From a virus (lineage: Duplodnaviria; Caudoviricetes), in the IMG/VR virus record IMGVR_UViG_3300030376_006438, positions 1 through 49,979 of that record: a stretch of 49,979 bases of DNA; one strand, 5' to 3'. Shown here piece by piece: positions 20,175-30,065 of this stretch (position 1 is its first letter; each line of letters begins with the position of its first letter). The notes below the pieces were generated by a model, which saw nothing but the letters and a program-made list of their open reading frames with translations, had not been told where the DNA came from and searched no databases. Both the position numbers and the translations under genes were made by a program.

Positions 20175-21775
20175 ATTCTATAAGCCTCTCTTGATTGTGG
20201 TGTTATTATAAAAAGGTTTTCTTTAGCCCTTGAAAACGCCACATAGAAAAGTCTGTGCTCACTTATAGGATTGACCCTATATTCCTCATACGCCATTTTT
20301 CCTATGTCTAAAGACACGATAACATTATCAGCTTCTCCACCTTTTTGTTGGTGTATGGTCGATAAAGTTACTCGTGGCTCTAAAGCTAAATTTTCTCCTC
20401 TAGACTCTAAATTTTCTAAGTAAGCAACAGTTTCTGTATTAATTGTTGTCATTACTTCTGTCCAAGGAGTTCCGAACTCAGCTTGTAATCCAAAATCATC
20501 TCTGAGTTCTAAAAAAGATAATTTCTTATCAGGAAAAGCTTTTCTTTGTTCAGATATTTTTTTCTTATTACCTCTCAAAACAAATTCTTTTCCTAGACAC
20601 TTGTATAAATTTTCTACTAATCTAATGGGAACCTCATTCTTCTCCTGTCTCATTAAGTCTTTCCAAGTTAGTATAGCATTTCTTTCTTGGGTTTTAACTG
20701 AATATCTGTATTTATTATCTTTTAATTTTACCCTAAAAAAAATATTTTTCTTTCTCATAACTTCTTCCATGTCATCACGAATAGTTCTTGTTCGTCCCAT
20801 AATTAACCAAGAACCCTCATCCATATTTAAATGATAAATACCCCTTATAAATTCTACTGCACCGTCTCTATTTGCTGGAGACCATTTAATATCGTCATAA
20901 CCAATGATTTGTTCTTCTACACGATTAACTACTTCCCAAACTTTTCTTGGCACTCTTTTTGATTGATCTAAAACAATTAATTCTTCAGCTTCTTCTTTTA
21001 TTTGAATCGCTTTTCCCACATCAGCATCTGCCCAAGTATATATAGCTTGATTAGGGTCCATAGCTAAATAAGACTTATCAGAGTTCCTCCAAATCTTTTC
21101 TGCCATTTTCCATTGTATAGTAGACATGTCTTGAGACTCATCAAAGAAAACAACTTTAAAAGACTTATAGAAACTACCCTCAACATAGTTTTTTATAAGG
21201 TCTGTAAAATCTATTTTTGGCCCTTGATCTTTTACGAGATATCCATTTGTACCCCCTGTAAACTTCTTATATCCGAAATTTTTGTAGTCTTTTAGACCCT
21301 TATCTATGTATTCTAGTTTATGCCAAATTATGTCCTTAGCAAACATAGCCCAACACTCCCTTAACGAAATATCTCTCCTTTTTGACTTTTCTATAAGATC
21401 AACATATTTGTCGTCATAGTTGTTGAAAAATATGTCATCATCATTATTAACGTTAATATTAATCCTAAGTTCATTTGATATGTTCCTCCAATCATTGTTA
21501 CTCATTATATGTTCTCGTGTTAAACCCATTTGCCTCAGAGCAAAAGAGTGCATTGTACTAAAATGTTCTAAATGACTCATGGGAACTTTAAACTTCTCTG
21601 AAGCTCTTTGTTTGGCCTCGTCTACTGCTTTATTTGAAAAAGAAAAGAAAGCTACCTCATCAATAGAAATTTCTTTCGATAAATATTCTTCAATTTTATT
21701 TAATATAAAAGTGGTTTTACCTGTGCCTGGTGGACCAATAACAACTGTGGGTATTTTCTTATCCAATAAATTCAT
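20171..21775 (-). CDS. UvrD/Rep-like SF1 helicase
   Basis: GPPGTGKT, DESQD, DPNQAIY, STIHQQKGGEADNV, RLFYVAFSRA. Confidence 0.92.
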   Translation of the reverse strand: MNLLDKKIPTVVIGPPGTGKTTFILNKIEEYLSKEISIDEVAFFSFSNKAVDEAKQRASEKFKVPMSHLEHFSTMHSFALRQMGLTREHIMSNNDWRNISNELRININVNNDDDIFFNNYDDKYVDLIEKSKRRDISLRECWAMFAKDIIWHKLEYIDKGLKDYKNFGYKKFTGGTNGYLVKDQGPKIDFTDLIKNYVEGSFYKSFKVVFFDESQDMSTIQWKMAEKIWRNSDKSYLAMDPNQAIYTWADADVGKAIQIKEEAEELIVLDQSKRVPRKVWEVVNRVEEQIIGYDDIKWSPANRDGAVEFIRGIYHLNMDEGSWLIMGRTRTIRDDMEEVMRKKNIFFRVKLKDNKYRYSVKTQERNAILTWKDLMRQEKNEVPIRLVENLYKCLGKEFVLRGNKKKISEQRKAFPDKKLSFLELRDDFGLQAEFGTPWTEVMTTINTETVAYLENLESRGENLALEPRVTLSTIHQQKGGEADNVIVSLDIGKMAYEEYRVNPISEHRLFYVAFSRAKENLFIITPQSREAYRI

Positions 21776-22856
21776 GTGCGTAACAAACCCTTTCCTTATG
21801 TCTTTCTCTTAATTCTTGAGAATAACCACCAAAAGTTCTTATTTTTGTTTTACCTTCTTCTAATCTTTTTAATTCTTTTTCGTAATCATCTTTTCTATTT
21901 TGTTTGTTATGTGTTGTTGGTCTCCATTTTTCAGGATGTGCCTCTCTATATTCACCAAAACGAGGATGTGCTGTTTTAGAAAAGAAACGATGACCGATCT
22001 TCGTGAATTGTTGTGCTACTGCTTCCGATAAACGAACTCCTAATCCCAATCCTTGAAAGTCAGGTAATATCACTGTCCTGTGTTCTCTCCATGCTTTTTC
22101 TTTGATTGTTCCTGAGGGGAAGAAAATGACTGAAGCAAATCCAACTGGAACTCCTTGCCATGTTCCAAGCCAACATCGTGATGCGTTACTGATGTGTCCT
22201 GTGAGATAGTGATGGTCAGCGAAGTATGGCCAAATTTTGGGTGAACAAGGAACGACTTCCAAAACGACCTTGGGTCGCCTAAGTAACCCCCTTGTCACAA
22301 CTTTGCTTGAGTTCGTATCGAAAACCCAATCAGGTTGCAACCAATCAATGATGTCATAATGACAAGAAGCAAAGACAACATTTTTAATATTTTTATTTCT
22401 TATAAATTTTTGTAAAGCATTAGAACAAGACTTAGCTACATTACGATCTACCACACTTGTAAACTCATCAATGATTGCATTTTCTTTTATGCGTCTTGAT
22501 AAGTCTGCCCTAAACTTTTCTCCTGTGCTTAAGACGTGATAAGGCTTCATCCAAGAGGGAATAGTATTGAAACCAACTGATGACAATCTTTCTTGAGCTT
22601 CTTCAGATGTTGTAAAGTGAGAACAAACTGCTTTGTTTTTATCCCAATTTATAATTTCTTCTTCTCCAAAATCTTTTAACAAGCTTGATTTACCTGTTCC
22701 TGATGCACCTACTATTAATCCTATATTAAAATCATTGTTTATATTTCTAAAATTAGGAAGCTCAAACTCAGTTTGACCATTAAATTTGTAATCGAACATT
22801 GTGCTGATCTCATCTGTGATTTGATCAGTTTGAACCTGTGAAGTTAGTTTTTTCAA
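21759..22856 (-). CDS. ABC-type ATPase fused to GNAT/Mom-like acetyltransferase
   Basis: GASGTGKS, LSTGEK, IIDE, SCH; C-terminal HHYL and RTVILPDFQGLGLG acetyl-CoA motif. Confidence 0.85.
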   Translation of the reverse strand: MKKLTSQVQTDQITDEISTMFDYKFNGQTEFELPNFRNINNDFNIGLIVGASGTGKSSLLKDFGEEEIINWDKNKAVCSHFTTSEEAQERLSSVGFNTIPSWMKPYHVLSTGEKFRADLSRRIKENAIIDEFTSVVDRNVAKSCSNALQKFIRNKNIKNVVFASCHYDIIDWLQPDWVFDTNSSKVVTRGLLRRPKVVLEVVPCSPKIWPYFADHHYLTGHISNASRCWLGTWQGVPVGFASVIFFPSGTIKEKAWREHRTVILPDFQGLGLGVRLSEAVAQQFTKIGHRFFSKTAHPRFGEYREAHPEKWRPTTHNKQNRKDDYEKELKRLEEGKTKIRTFGGYSQELRERHKERVCYAHEFIG

Positions 22857-24412
22857 AATGGTATGTCCTCCTCTATATCTTTCTGTTGTTTCATATTAGG
22901 AACCTCAAGACTAACTTCTTCTATTGTTAACTGTTTAATCTTCCATAGTCTAACCCTTGTATTTTTAACAGTTCTAATTAAATCTTCTGCATTATACTCC
23001 TCTTTTAATCTCATAGTCACCCAAGGTCTTGATTCCTTAAAATCATTTCTTTTCAAGTGGTCCATTAAATCTTTTAAAGCAAAGTAAGTAAACCCCTCCT
23101 CAGTATAAGATTTACCTAAAAATATATCAGCCATAGTTAAAGCTTCTCCTTGATGTAAACAAAACTCCTCTAACAGTTCCTTAAACTCACCTTTCTTTGT
23201 AACTTCTTCAGGAGGATGATCTATTGATATAGATTCAAATAAATCACTATATGTTTGATTCCATTCAGCAGAACTCATGTTCATAATTCCTGTATTTAAT
23301 TGTTCCAAACAAGCTTGAATAATTTTTTTATGAGTCATCAAATCCTCAGTATTTGATATTTCAATTCTTCTGTCATCAACGTTGAGAAAGTATCTTGGAG
23401 GATCAGATTTATAAACTTTTAAATCAGAATAAACAGGATGGTCTCTATCACCTTCGCTACCAATACCGAACTTTCTTTTCTTACAAAGTCTTTTATTACA
23501 TAAAGACTCGATAGGAGGCTGAGAACAACGATACATATATTTAGGAGCACCATTGTTATCACTCTGACTGACTTGTTTTATAACTATTAATACTTCATCT
23601 GACTTTAAAGGTGGTGTTATATAGTTTCTATTATACTCTTCGATTAACTCTTTATAACTATCAGGGTCTGCTTTTCGATAGTAAACGCCTACATTGAACA
23701 GAGCGTTATTCCTGGAGCCATCGGAGACACCCTGTTCAGTAAGTATTTGTAGGCATGGAGGTCCGTCTTTAATAACCTCGTTCTTGAAATCGGTTTTAAT
23801 CGACTTGAGAGCACCAACAACAAGGTTATCGTAGTAAGAAAGAAACTCTTCTAAACTTAAAGCACTACCAACACTGTTGAGGCCATAACGACTTCTTCCG
23901 TGATAAGGTAGATTAATCCAACTTCCTGTATCTCTTTTTTCTTCTCCCTCTCTTTGATAGAGTTCAATTTGTTTAGGAAATACTTCAGCTTTAGGGAAAC
24001 CCATGGTGGTTGCCATTTCGCTAAGTTTAGTTTGCATGTCTTTCGCTGAGACATAATCTTTTGTAAATAAATATAAATGTGCGCCACCACTTTTTGATAG
24101 ACACATAATTAAAGGAAACTTCTTTTGTTTTATTTTTTTTAATAATGATTTGTGATCTAAAGGATAGACATCAATATCTATTGCACCAAACTTACATTTA
24201 TCATCATCGTTAATCGGAACGATACCCATTGCAGGATATTCTCCTTTAAGATGTGATTCAAATTTTTCTAAGGACGGTGGCTCGTGGACCGTTTTCATAT
24301 GAGCCTCAACCTTTACACCTTCTTGGGGTTCATTCTTTTTTTCGAATACACCATGAGCTCTCTCTAGCCCTGTAAATATATCCTTAAATTTTTGTACTAA
24401 TTCTAGCTCCAT
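22853..24412 (-). CDS. AEP-superfamily primase with PriCT-like domain
   Basis: FGAIDID, SKSGGAHLY, WINLPY, PPCL, RNNALF; C-terminus EEDIPF. Confidence 0.85.
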   Translation of the reverse strand: MELELVQKFKDIFTGLERAHGVFEKKNEPQEGVKVEAHMKTVHEPPSLEKFESHLKGEYPAMGIVPINDDDKCKFGAIDIDVYPLDHKSLLKKIKQKKFPLIMCLSKSGGAHLYLFTKDYVSAKDMQTKLSEMATTMGFPKAEVFPKQIELYQREGEEKRDTGSWINLPYHGRSRYGLNSVGSALSLEEFLSYYDNLVVGALKSIKTDFKNEVIKDGPPCLQILTEQGVSDGSRNNALFNVGVYYRKADPDSYKELIEEYNRNYITPPLKSDEVLIVIKQVSQSDNNGAPKYMYRCSQPPIESLCNKRLCKKRKFGIGSEGDRDHPVYSDLKVYKSDPPRYFLNVDDRRIEISNTEDLMTHKKIIQACLEQLNTGIMNMSSAEWNQTYSDLFESISIDHPPEEVTKKGEFKELLEEFCLHQGEALTMADIFLGKSYTEEGFTYFALKDLMDHLKRNDFKESRPWVTMRLKEEYNAEDLIRTVKNTRVRLWKIKQLTIEEVSLEVPNMKQQKDIEEDIPF

Positions 24413-24436
24413 AATTCCTCACAATAATAGCTTTTT

Positions 24437-24516
24437 GCTGAGGCACGACCCGAAAGGAGGCCGGAAAAAATCGCACCTCAGCTTTGAAGACGAAAAAATA
24501 AAGAAAACGTCTTCAA
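24437..24516 (-). promoter_or_regulatory. two intergenic RNA hairpins, one with an anti-SD loop
   Basis: 13-bp stem with three G-U pairs on minus strand (24437-24482) enclosing CCUCCUUU; 9-bp stem 24484-24516. Confidence 0.65.
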
Positions 24517-24528
24517 TTTACGCGGCTA

Positions 24529-25356
24529 TTAGAATGGTATATCACCACTCTGCGAGGACTCCCCTTGCGGGGAACTTGTTTCATCTGACTGAGGAGCAAC
24601 TTTTAACTCCCCACTGTGAATACTTTTTTCGAATTGAGTTGCGTCAGCTAAAATGTCCTCAATTTTAACTAATCCTAATTCGTCAATCCATTTATTTTGA
24701 TTGATAGCCCAACCATGCCAACTTCCCTGATCATTTTTTTCAGGTTTACCTGACAGGTCATATGCCATTGCAAAATCCTTAGGCTGATAAATCTCATCAC
24801 CGTCTACACGTCTTTGATTTGACATGATTGAATTCCACTGCCTTGACTTTTTAAGTTGTGAACCCTTCATTTTTATTAGGGCCTTATACCAACTCTGACC
24901 ATCGATAACGATAACATAATGTTCAGCAGTGTTTTCTACATAAGAATCACCTTTACCTACAAAGCGATCTTTCTTATCATCACCACGAACAATTTTACCT
25001 TGCTTTTGAAAAGTTTGAAACTCTTCAGGAGTGAATTCATTTACAGGGGACTTATTTTTAGTTCTGTCATTATACCACTCCACGTATCGTCTTCTATAAT
25101 AAACAGGCAACACTGTTAATACATCACTACAAACCTCTGTAACTGTATTAAATATTTGTCCCTTTTTAGCTTCTTTTATATATTTTTCATTCTCCTCATC
25201 TACTTGAGGTGAACCCTTACTTAGCATATTTAAATAAGGTATTGAGTAATCATCAGCATCTCTTTTTGAAAGTGGAGCTGATCTTAATATCGCACTTACT
25301 TGTGCAACTTCTTTTTTTTCGCTTTTCGCTACTTGCTTTTTTACTGTCTCTGTCAT
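24529..25356 (-). CDS. putative single-stranded DNA-binding protein
   Basis: Replication operon, aromatic-rich, acidic tail ending GDIPF as in SSBs. Confidence 0.65.
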   Translation of the reverse strand: MTETVKKQVAKSEKKEVAQVSAILRSAPLSKRDADDYSIPYLNMLSKGSPQVDEENEKYIKEAKKGQIFNTVTEVCSDVLTVLPVYYRRRYVEWYNDRTKNKSPVNEFTPEEFQTFQKQGKIVRGDDKKDRFVGKGDSYVENTAEHYVIVIDGQSWYKALIKMKGSQLKKSRQWNSIMSNQRRVDGDEIYQPKDFAMAYDLSGKPEKNDQGSWHGWAINQNKWIDELGLVKIEDILADATQFEKSIHSGELKVAPQSDETSSPQGESSQSGDIPF

Positions 25357-25899
25357 TTATTTACCTTTCTTGATATTGACTTTGTGTCCTACAAAAACTC
25401 CAAAAGTTTCCATAGGAAGTTCTTTTCCACTCTCAATAAGTTCACGAATGAAACCTCTTAGAGTAGAAGGTTCGACTTTAACATTTCTGTCAGTATCGAG
25501 CCCTTGGTTAGCTAAGTCTGAAAAAAGTTTTTTTGCTTTATCATCTTCAGCTCTACCAAACTTTACTATGACTTGGTTTTTAATCAAGTCCTCATATCCA
25601 TTATCTCGAAGCCATGCAAAAGCTTCTACTTGTCTGTCTTTAGATATTGTTCCTGTATAAAATGGTTTTATTTCTACATTAGAACCGTCTCTCATTTTAA
25701 TTGAAGTGACACCACGCTCTTCAAATAATTGAACTAGATTTTCATTTGCTCTACGTAAAGCTTCTTTTTTAACTTTAAGTAAAGCCTCTAAGTCCTCAAC
25801 TTCTTTTTCAGCTTTCAAATAATCTTGAGAGCCTTTTGAAATAGGGTCTACTTCAGTTACTTGAAAATCTTTCTCGTCTCGTCTTAAATTAATAGCCAT
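25357..25899 (-). CDS. conserved replication-module protein
   Basis: Coiled-coil N-half, AFAWLRDNG..DLIK, VEPSTL; AAGGAG SD. Confidence 0.7.
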   Translation of the reverse strand: MAINLRRDEKDFQVTEVDPISKGSQDYLKAEKEVEDLEALLKVKKEALRRANENLVQLFEERGVTSIKMRDGSNVEIKPFYTGTISKDRQVEAFAWLRDNGYEDLIKNQVIVKFGRAEDDKAKKLFSDLANQGLDTDRNVKVEPSTLRGFIRELIESGKELPMETFGVFVGHKVNIKKGK

Positions 25900-25920
25900 A
25901 TTTATTCTCCTTTTTTATTC

Positions 25921-26268
25921 TTAGTTATAAATGTCAACTCTGATAGGAAAGTAATCTTTTTCTATCCTATCGTATTTTAACATATTATATCTACCATTAG
26001 ATATAGTACTAACAACTGAGCATGTCAACCCAATCAAGGCGGGATCTCCAACTAAAAGTAAATAATCGTTGTCTTTAAAGTCTTTTAGAAGAGATTTGAG
26101 TTTTCTAATTGTTGGTTGTGGAGACATTACAACTTGCTTGCTTCCGTCAAACAAAAATATAACTTCTCCAAATCTTTCTGCTTGACTGTAATCTAGTGAT
26201 CTTAGTGTTCCGTCAGGATATTTTCTAAGTACGTTTTGAATAACATACACTTTACTTTTTTGTATCAT
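25921..26268 (-). CDS. conserved hypothetical protein
   Basis: VYVIQ, DYLLLVGDP. Confidence 0.7.
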   Translation of the reverse strand: MIQKSKVYVIQNVLRKYPDGTLRSLDYSQAERFGEVIFLFDGSKQVVMSPQPTIRKLKSLLKDFKDNDYLLLVGDPALIGLTCSVVSTISNGRYNMLKYDRIEKDYFPIRVDIYN

Positions 26269-26304
26269 TTATTATATTCTCTTTTATAGAATAAAATATT
26301 ACAT

Positions 26305-27765
26305 ATGTTGGTAGATAAATACAAGTTTAAAACTAAGCCTATGGAACATCAATTGGTGGGCCTTGCTGGAATGATGAATTCATTTGATCAAGATAAACCT
26401 GAGTATGCTTTGTTTATGGAAATGGGTTGTGGAAAAACAAAAGTTTTAATAGACGGTGTGTCTATTTTATTTGATAACGGAAAAGTAAATAATCTTTTAG
26501 TTATTTGTCCAAATGGAATTAAATATAATTGGCAAGAAGAATTAGCAAAACATTTAGCAGAGCATATTGAATATGATGTTCATGTTTGGGAAGGAGCTAA
26601 AACAAAAAAAGAACAACAAGAAATTAGATTAAAATTATTTTCAACAGATAATAAATTAAAAGTGTTAGTTATGAACATTGATGCAATCATTACAAAAAAT
26701 GGTAGCAACGTAGCAGAAAAATTTACATATACCGATAAAACTTTAATGTGTGTTGATGAGTCTACTATAATTAAAAATGGGTCAGCTAAAAGAACTAAGA
26801 GATGTGTTAAGATAGGCTCCTATGCTCGTTATAGAGTGATTTTAACAGGGTCTCCAATAACTAAATCTCCTGAAGACTTATATTCTCAATGTGCTTTTTT
26901 AAATGAGGACCTCTTAGGTTTTAGTTCTATTTATACTTTTAAAGCTAGATATTGTGATCAAGTAAAAATGAGTTTCGGTGGTAGAAGTTTTAACAAAGTA
27001 ACAGGATACAAAAGATTAGATGAATTGACAGGGAAAATAAGAGACTTTTCTTATCGTGTAACAAAAGATGAAGCCTTAGATTTACCTGATAAAGTTTATT
27101 TAAAGAGACGTGTACCGATGACCGATAATCAATTGAAAGCATATGTTATGATGAAAAAATTAGCTTTAGCTGAGATAGACGGAGAACAACTCACTACTGC
27201 TACATTAATTGCTCAGTTAAAAAGATTACATCAAATAGCTTGTGGATACATGACAACTGATGAGGGAAAGTTAATTGATTTTTCAGAGAATAGAGTCAAA
27301 GAATTAATTGATACAGTAGAAGAAGCTGACGGAAAGATAATTATATGGTGCTCTTATAGGCATAACATTAGAACAGTTATTGAAGCTTTAGATAAAAAAT
27401 ATGGACAAGGCTCAGCAGAGGGTTTTTATGGAGAAACTCCTTCAACTGAAAGACCGAAAATTTTAGAAAGATTTAAAGACCCTAGTCATCACATGAGATT
27501 TTTAGTAGGACACCCAAGAACAGGGGGTTATGGTCTTACTTTAAATATAGCGAATACTATGATATTTTATTCTAACGATTATGATCTTGAAATACGAGAA
27601 CAAGCTGAAGCTAGAAATCATAGAATCGGAACAGAGAAGAAAGTGACTTATGTCGATCTTATCTGTGAGGGAACAGTAGATGAAAATATAATTAAAAGTT
27701 TACGTTCTAAAATTAATATCGCTACTGAAATAATGGGCGAAGAATTTAAGGAGTGGTTAATATGA
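26305..27765 (+). CDS. SNF2-family (SF2) helicase
   Basis: MEMGCGKT, VDES, LTGSP, GYGLTL, QAEARNHRIG. Confidence 0.93.
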   Translation: MLVDKYKFKTKPMEHQLVGLAGMMNSFDQDKPEYALFMEMGCGKTKVLIDGVSILFDNGKVNNLLVICPNGIKYNWQEELAKHLAEHIEYDVHVWEGAKTKKEQQEIRLKLFSTDNKLKVLVMNIDAIITKNGSNVAEKFTYTDKTLMCVDESTIIKNGSAKRTKRCVKIGSYARYRVILTGSPITKSPEDLYSQCAFLNEDLLGFSSIYTFKARYCDQVKMSFGGRSFNKVTGYKRLDELTGKIRDFSYRVTKDEALDLPDKVYLKRRVPMTDNQLKAYVMMKKLALAEIDGEQLTTATLIAQLKRLHQIACGYMTTDEGKLIDFSENRVKELIDTVEEADGKIIIWCSYRHNIRTVIEALDKKYGQGSAEGFYGETPSTERPKILERFKDPSHHMRFLVGHPRTGGYGLTLNIANTMIFYSNDYDLEIREQAEARNHRIGTEKKVTYVDLICEGTVDENIIKSLRSKINIATEIMGEEFKEWLI

Positions 27766-27947
27766 TCTTGAGTCCTAACAGAGAAAAGATAGACCATAGA
27801 AAGTTAAAAGAAGCATGCGAATGCTTTAACGAGTTAATTAAAATGCAAGAAAGTTTAGATAAATATGAAAAGTGGTCCATGGCCAATGTAGTTCATGAAA
27901 CTGCAATACAATTAGCTGAGTCAATAACGGAGAAATTAAAACAATGA
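27762..27947 (+). CDS. hypothetical protein
   Basis: Short ORF, AAGGAG upstream, overlaps flanking genes. Confidence 0.6.
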   Translation: MILSPNREKIDHRKLKEACECFNELIKMQESLDKYEKWSMANVVHETAIQLAESITEKLKQ

Positions 27948-28576
27948 AATATTATGACATACCTGGGTGGTTCAATGGTCATGAACAGTACGATAAAGCA
28001 GTGGATTTTTGTCCACAGAATGGAAAAATTTTAGAGATTGGGTGTTTTTATGGTAGGTCAACAACTTATATGTGTACCAATATTGTTAATACAAAAAGAA
28101 CAGATATAAATGTTTGGGCATTGGATACTTTTAAAGGTTCTTCAGAACACGCTACATTAAAAGATTTTGTAGGCAAAGACGGAACATTTTATGAAAAAAC
28201 AAAAGAACATTTAAAATCTTTTATTGATCAAGGATTTTTACACTTAGTTAAAAGTAGGTCTGATGACCAAAAAACATTAGATAGTTTTGATGATAAATTT
28301 TTTGATACTATCATCGTAGATGGAGCTCATGAATATGATCAAGTCTTAGATGATATAGAAAATTGGTGGCCAAAATTAAAAGATAACGGAGTCATGCTCT
28401 TTGATGATATGTACATGGAATCTGTCAGTCAAGCGACTCACAAAGGATTAGCCAATAAAGTATCTGAATTTTCCATTGTCATGGGAAAAGAAGCCTACGG
28501 AATAGCCTGTAAAAGCAACGATAAATCACAAATGGATAAATTAGCAAAAATAACACCTGAGAATTATTTTAAATAA
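27944..28576 (+). CDS. class I SAM-dependent methyltransferase (Methyltransf_24-like)
   Basis: LEIGCFYGRS, LDTF, IVDGAHEY, LFDD. Confidence 0.85.
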   Translation: MKYYDIPGWFNGHEQYDKAVDFCPQNGKILEIGCFYGRSTTYMCTNIVNTKRTDINVWALDTFKGSSEHATLKDFVGKDGTFYEKTKEHLKSFIDQGFLHLVKSRSDDQKTLDSFDDKFFDTIIVDGAHEYDQVLDDIENWWPKLKDNGVMLFDDMYMESVSQATHKGLANKVSEFSIVMGKEAYGIACKSNDKSQMDKLAKITPENYFK

Positions 28577-28590
28577 TATAAAATTAAGGC

Positions 28591-28839
28591 GTGAAAAATG
28601 CCTTAGAAAACAAAGTTGAAATAGAGTGGATTGATGCCTACGAATTGGGTAGTGGTTGGCATGAATTAGAAGATGCTTTAAAAATTACTCCACCAAAAAT
28701 TTGGAGTCTAGGGTATGTAGTAAAAGAAACTAAAGAGTACGTAATAATTTCTGCTGACAAAGGTCGTAAAGGCGATTCTGATTGTGGTAGAGTCCAACTT
28801 ATTCCCAAACCTTGGATAAATAAAATAAATTTGATTTGA
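28591..28839 (+). CDS. conserved hypothetical protein
   Basis: IEWIDA...SGW...SLGY...IP. Confidence 0.7.
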   Translation: MKNALENKVEIEWIDAYELGSGWHELEDALKITPPKIWSLGYVVKETKEYVIISADKGRKGDSDCGRVQLIPKPWINKINLI

Positions 28840-29192
28840 AAAATTTTTTAAATAAAAAACATTTAGTAGGGTCAACCTCAGAATATTCAGCTACAATAAA
28901 ATTATTAGAGCTAGGTTTTTTAGTTTTTAAAAATGTTTCTTCTCATGGAATAATTGATCTAATGGCAATATCTCCTAACAACGAAACTTTTAGAATTGAT
29001 GTTAAAACTGCTTCAAAGAGAATTAGTAGTATTAAAACTTCAAATGGTTCTTACAGAAGAAGTGGAGAAATGATATACAGGGTCCCCACTAAAGAACAAA
29101 AAATATATAATGTTGTATTGATGATCGTGAACCGTGATAAATTTAAAATTATTCCTACTCGTTCTAAACTAGCAAAATGGTTAAAGACCTAG
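28836..29192 (+). CDS. PD-(D/E)XK nuclease (Hjc-like)
   Basis: G..SE, IDLMA, IDVK. Confidence 0.7.
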   Translation: MKNFLNKKHLVGSTSEYSATIKLLELGFLVFKNVSSHGIIDLMAISPNNETFRIDVKTASKRISSIKTSNGSYRRSGEMIYRVPTKEQKIYNVVLMIVNRDKFKIIPTRSKLAKWLKT

Positions 29193-29396
29193 CATAAGGT
29201 CCTCAATTACTCCTGAACTAACACAATTTAATTGCATATTAACATCTTCAACCTTTGAGATTTCACTTAGTATAAGGCCATAGTGTTGTTGGCAACTCTC
29301 AAAAGTATCATGAATAACCTCTGATCCTACTCTAATACACTGTTCTTGGCCACTTGAACTGACACAAGCCCAACCAATTAAGAAAAATTTAAGCAT
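29181..29396 (-). CDS. small Cys-containing, possibly exported protein
   Basis: Hydrophobic N-terminus, four Cys. Confidence 0.55.
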   Translation of the reverse strand: MLKFFLIGWACVSSSGQEQCIRVGSEVIHDTFESCQQHYGLILSEISKVEDVNMQLNCVSSGVIEDLMLGL

Positions 29397-29515
29397 GGAA
29401 CGACTGTATCATAAAAGTCAAACCATTTATTTACCAAAATCAAAAATAAATGTGTGGCCTTTTATACCTCAGTTTTGATATACTGATCGTTCACGCTAAA
29501 AAAAAGGAGATTTAA

Positions 29516-29662
29516 ATGACAGAAGAACAAGAAAACAAGTTGATTATAGCTTATTTACAAGATGTAATAGCTCAACAGAGTGCTTACAAAGAGTATAAGG
29601 AAGACAGTCAAACAAAAAATTGGTGGGATAAAATTCCACATGGTCCGAGTATGGGGGATTAA
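29516..29662 (+). CDS. hypothetical protein (48 aa, MTEEQENK...)
   Basis: Read by hand; AAGGAG SD and extended -10 TGaTATACT at 29476-29484. Confidence 0.6.
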   Translation: MTEEQENKLIIAYLQDVIAQQSAYKEYKEDSQTKNWWDKIPHGPSMGD

Positions 29663-29865
29663 TTCCTCCGTCTCTCCAATATTTCTTTTCCTTTTTCAGC
29701 TATCTGTTTCCAAACACTAAAATCATATAATTTTTCTGAACCGTCTGTAAACTCTACCAATACTTTTTGAACAATATTTTCTTCTTCGTCGGGTACGTCA
29801 ACATATTCGACTCTATATACAGTCTTCTCAAAGAAGTGTGGGTGATTTTTTAAAACCTCCAACAT
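29659..29865 (-). CDS. hypothetical protein
   Basis: 68-aa ORF. Confidence 0.6.
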   Translation of the reverse strand: MLEVLKNHPHFFEKTVYRVEYVDVPDEEENIVQKVLVEFTDGSEKLYDFSVWKQIAEKGKEILERRRN

Positions 29866-29900
29866 TTCACAAATTTATCATAAATTATGAATAATTTATA

Positions 29901-30065
29901 CTAAACTTTTTGTAATTTATCGTAATATTCTTTAACAATCATGTGTAATTGAGTAGGTTTTGTTCTCATCGTGTCTTTACATATTCTTTCTAATAGAGTT
30001 TGAGTATCTCTAGACATTATCTGTGACACCCATTTTTGAGCGTCTTTTTTTGTTGTTTTAGTCAT
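29901..30065 (-). CDS. putative ribbon-helix-helix DNA-binding protein (54 aa)
   Basis: Read by hand: MTKTTKKDAQKWVSQIMSRDTQTLLERICKDTMRTKPTQLHMIVKEYYDKLQKV; strand-helix-helix pattern; AAAGGA SD. Confidence 0.55.
   Translation of the reverse strand: MTKTTKKDAQKWVSQIMSRDTQTLLERICKDTMRTKPTQLHMIVKEYYDKLQKV

Noticed and set aside
27944-28576. DNA methyltransferase
   Set aside because: Lacks DPPY/NPPY or PCQ catalytic motifs; looks like a small-molecule/glycan O-methyltransferase
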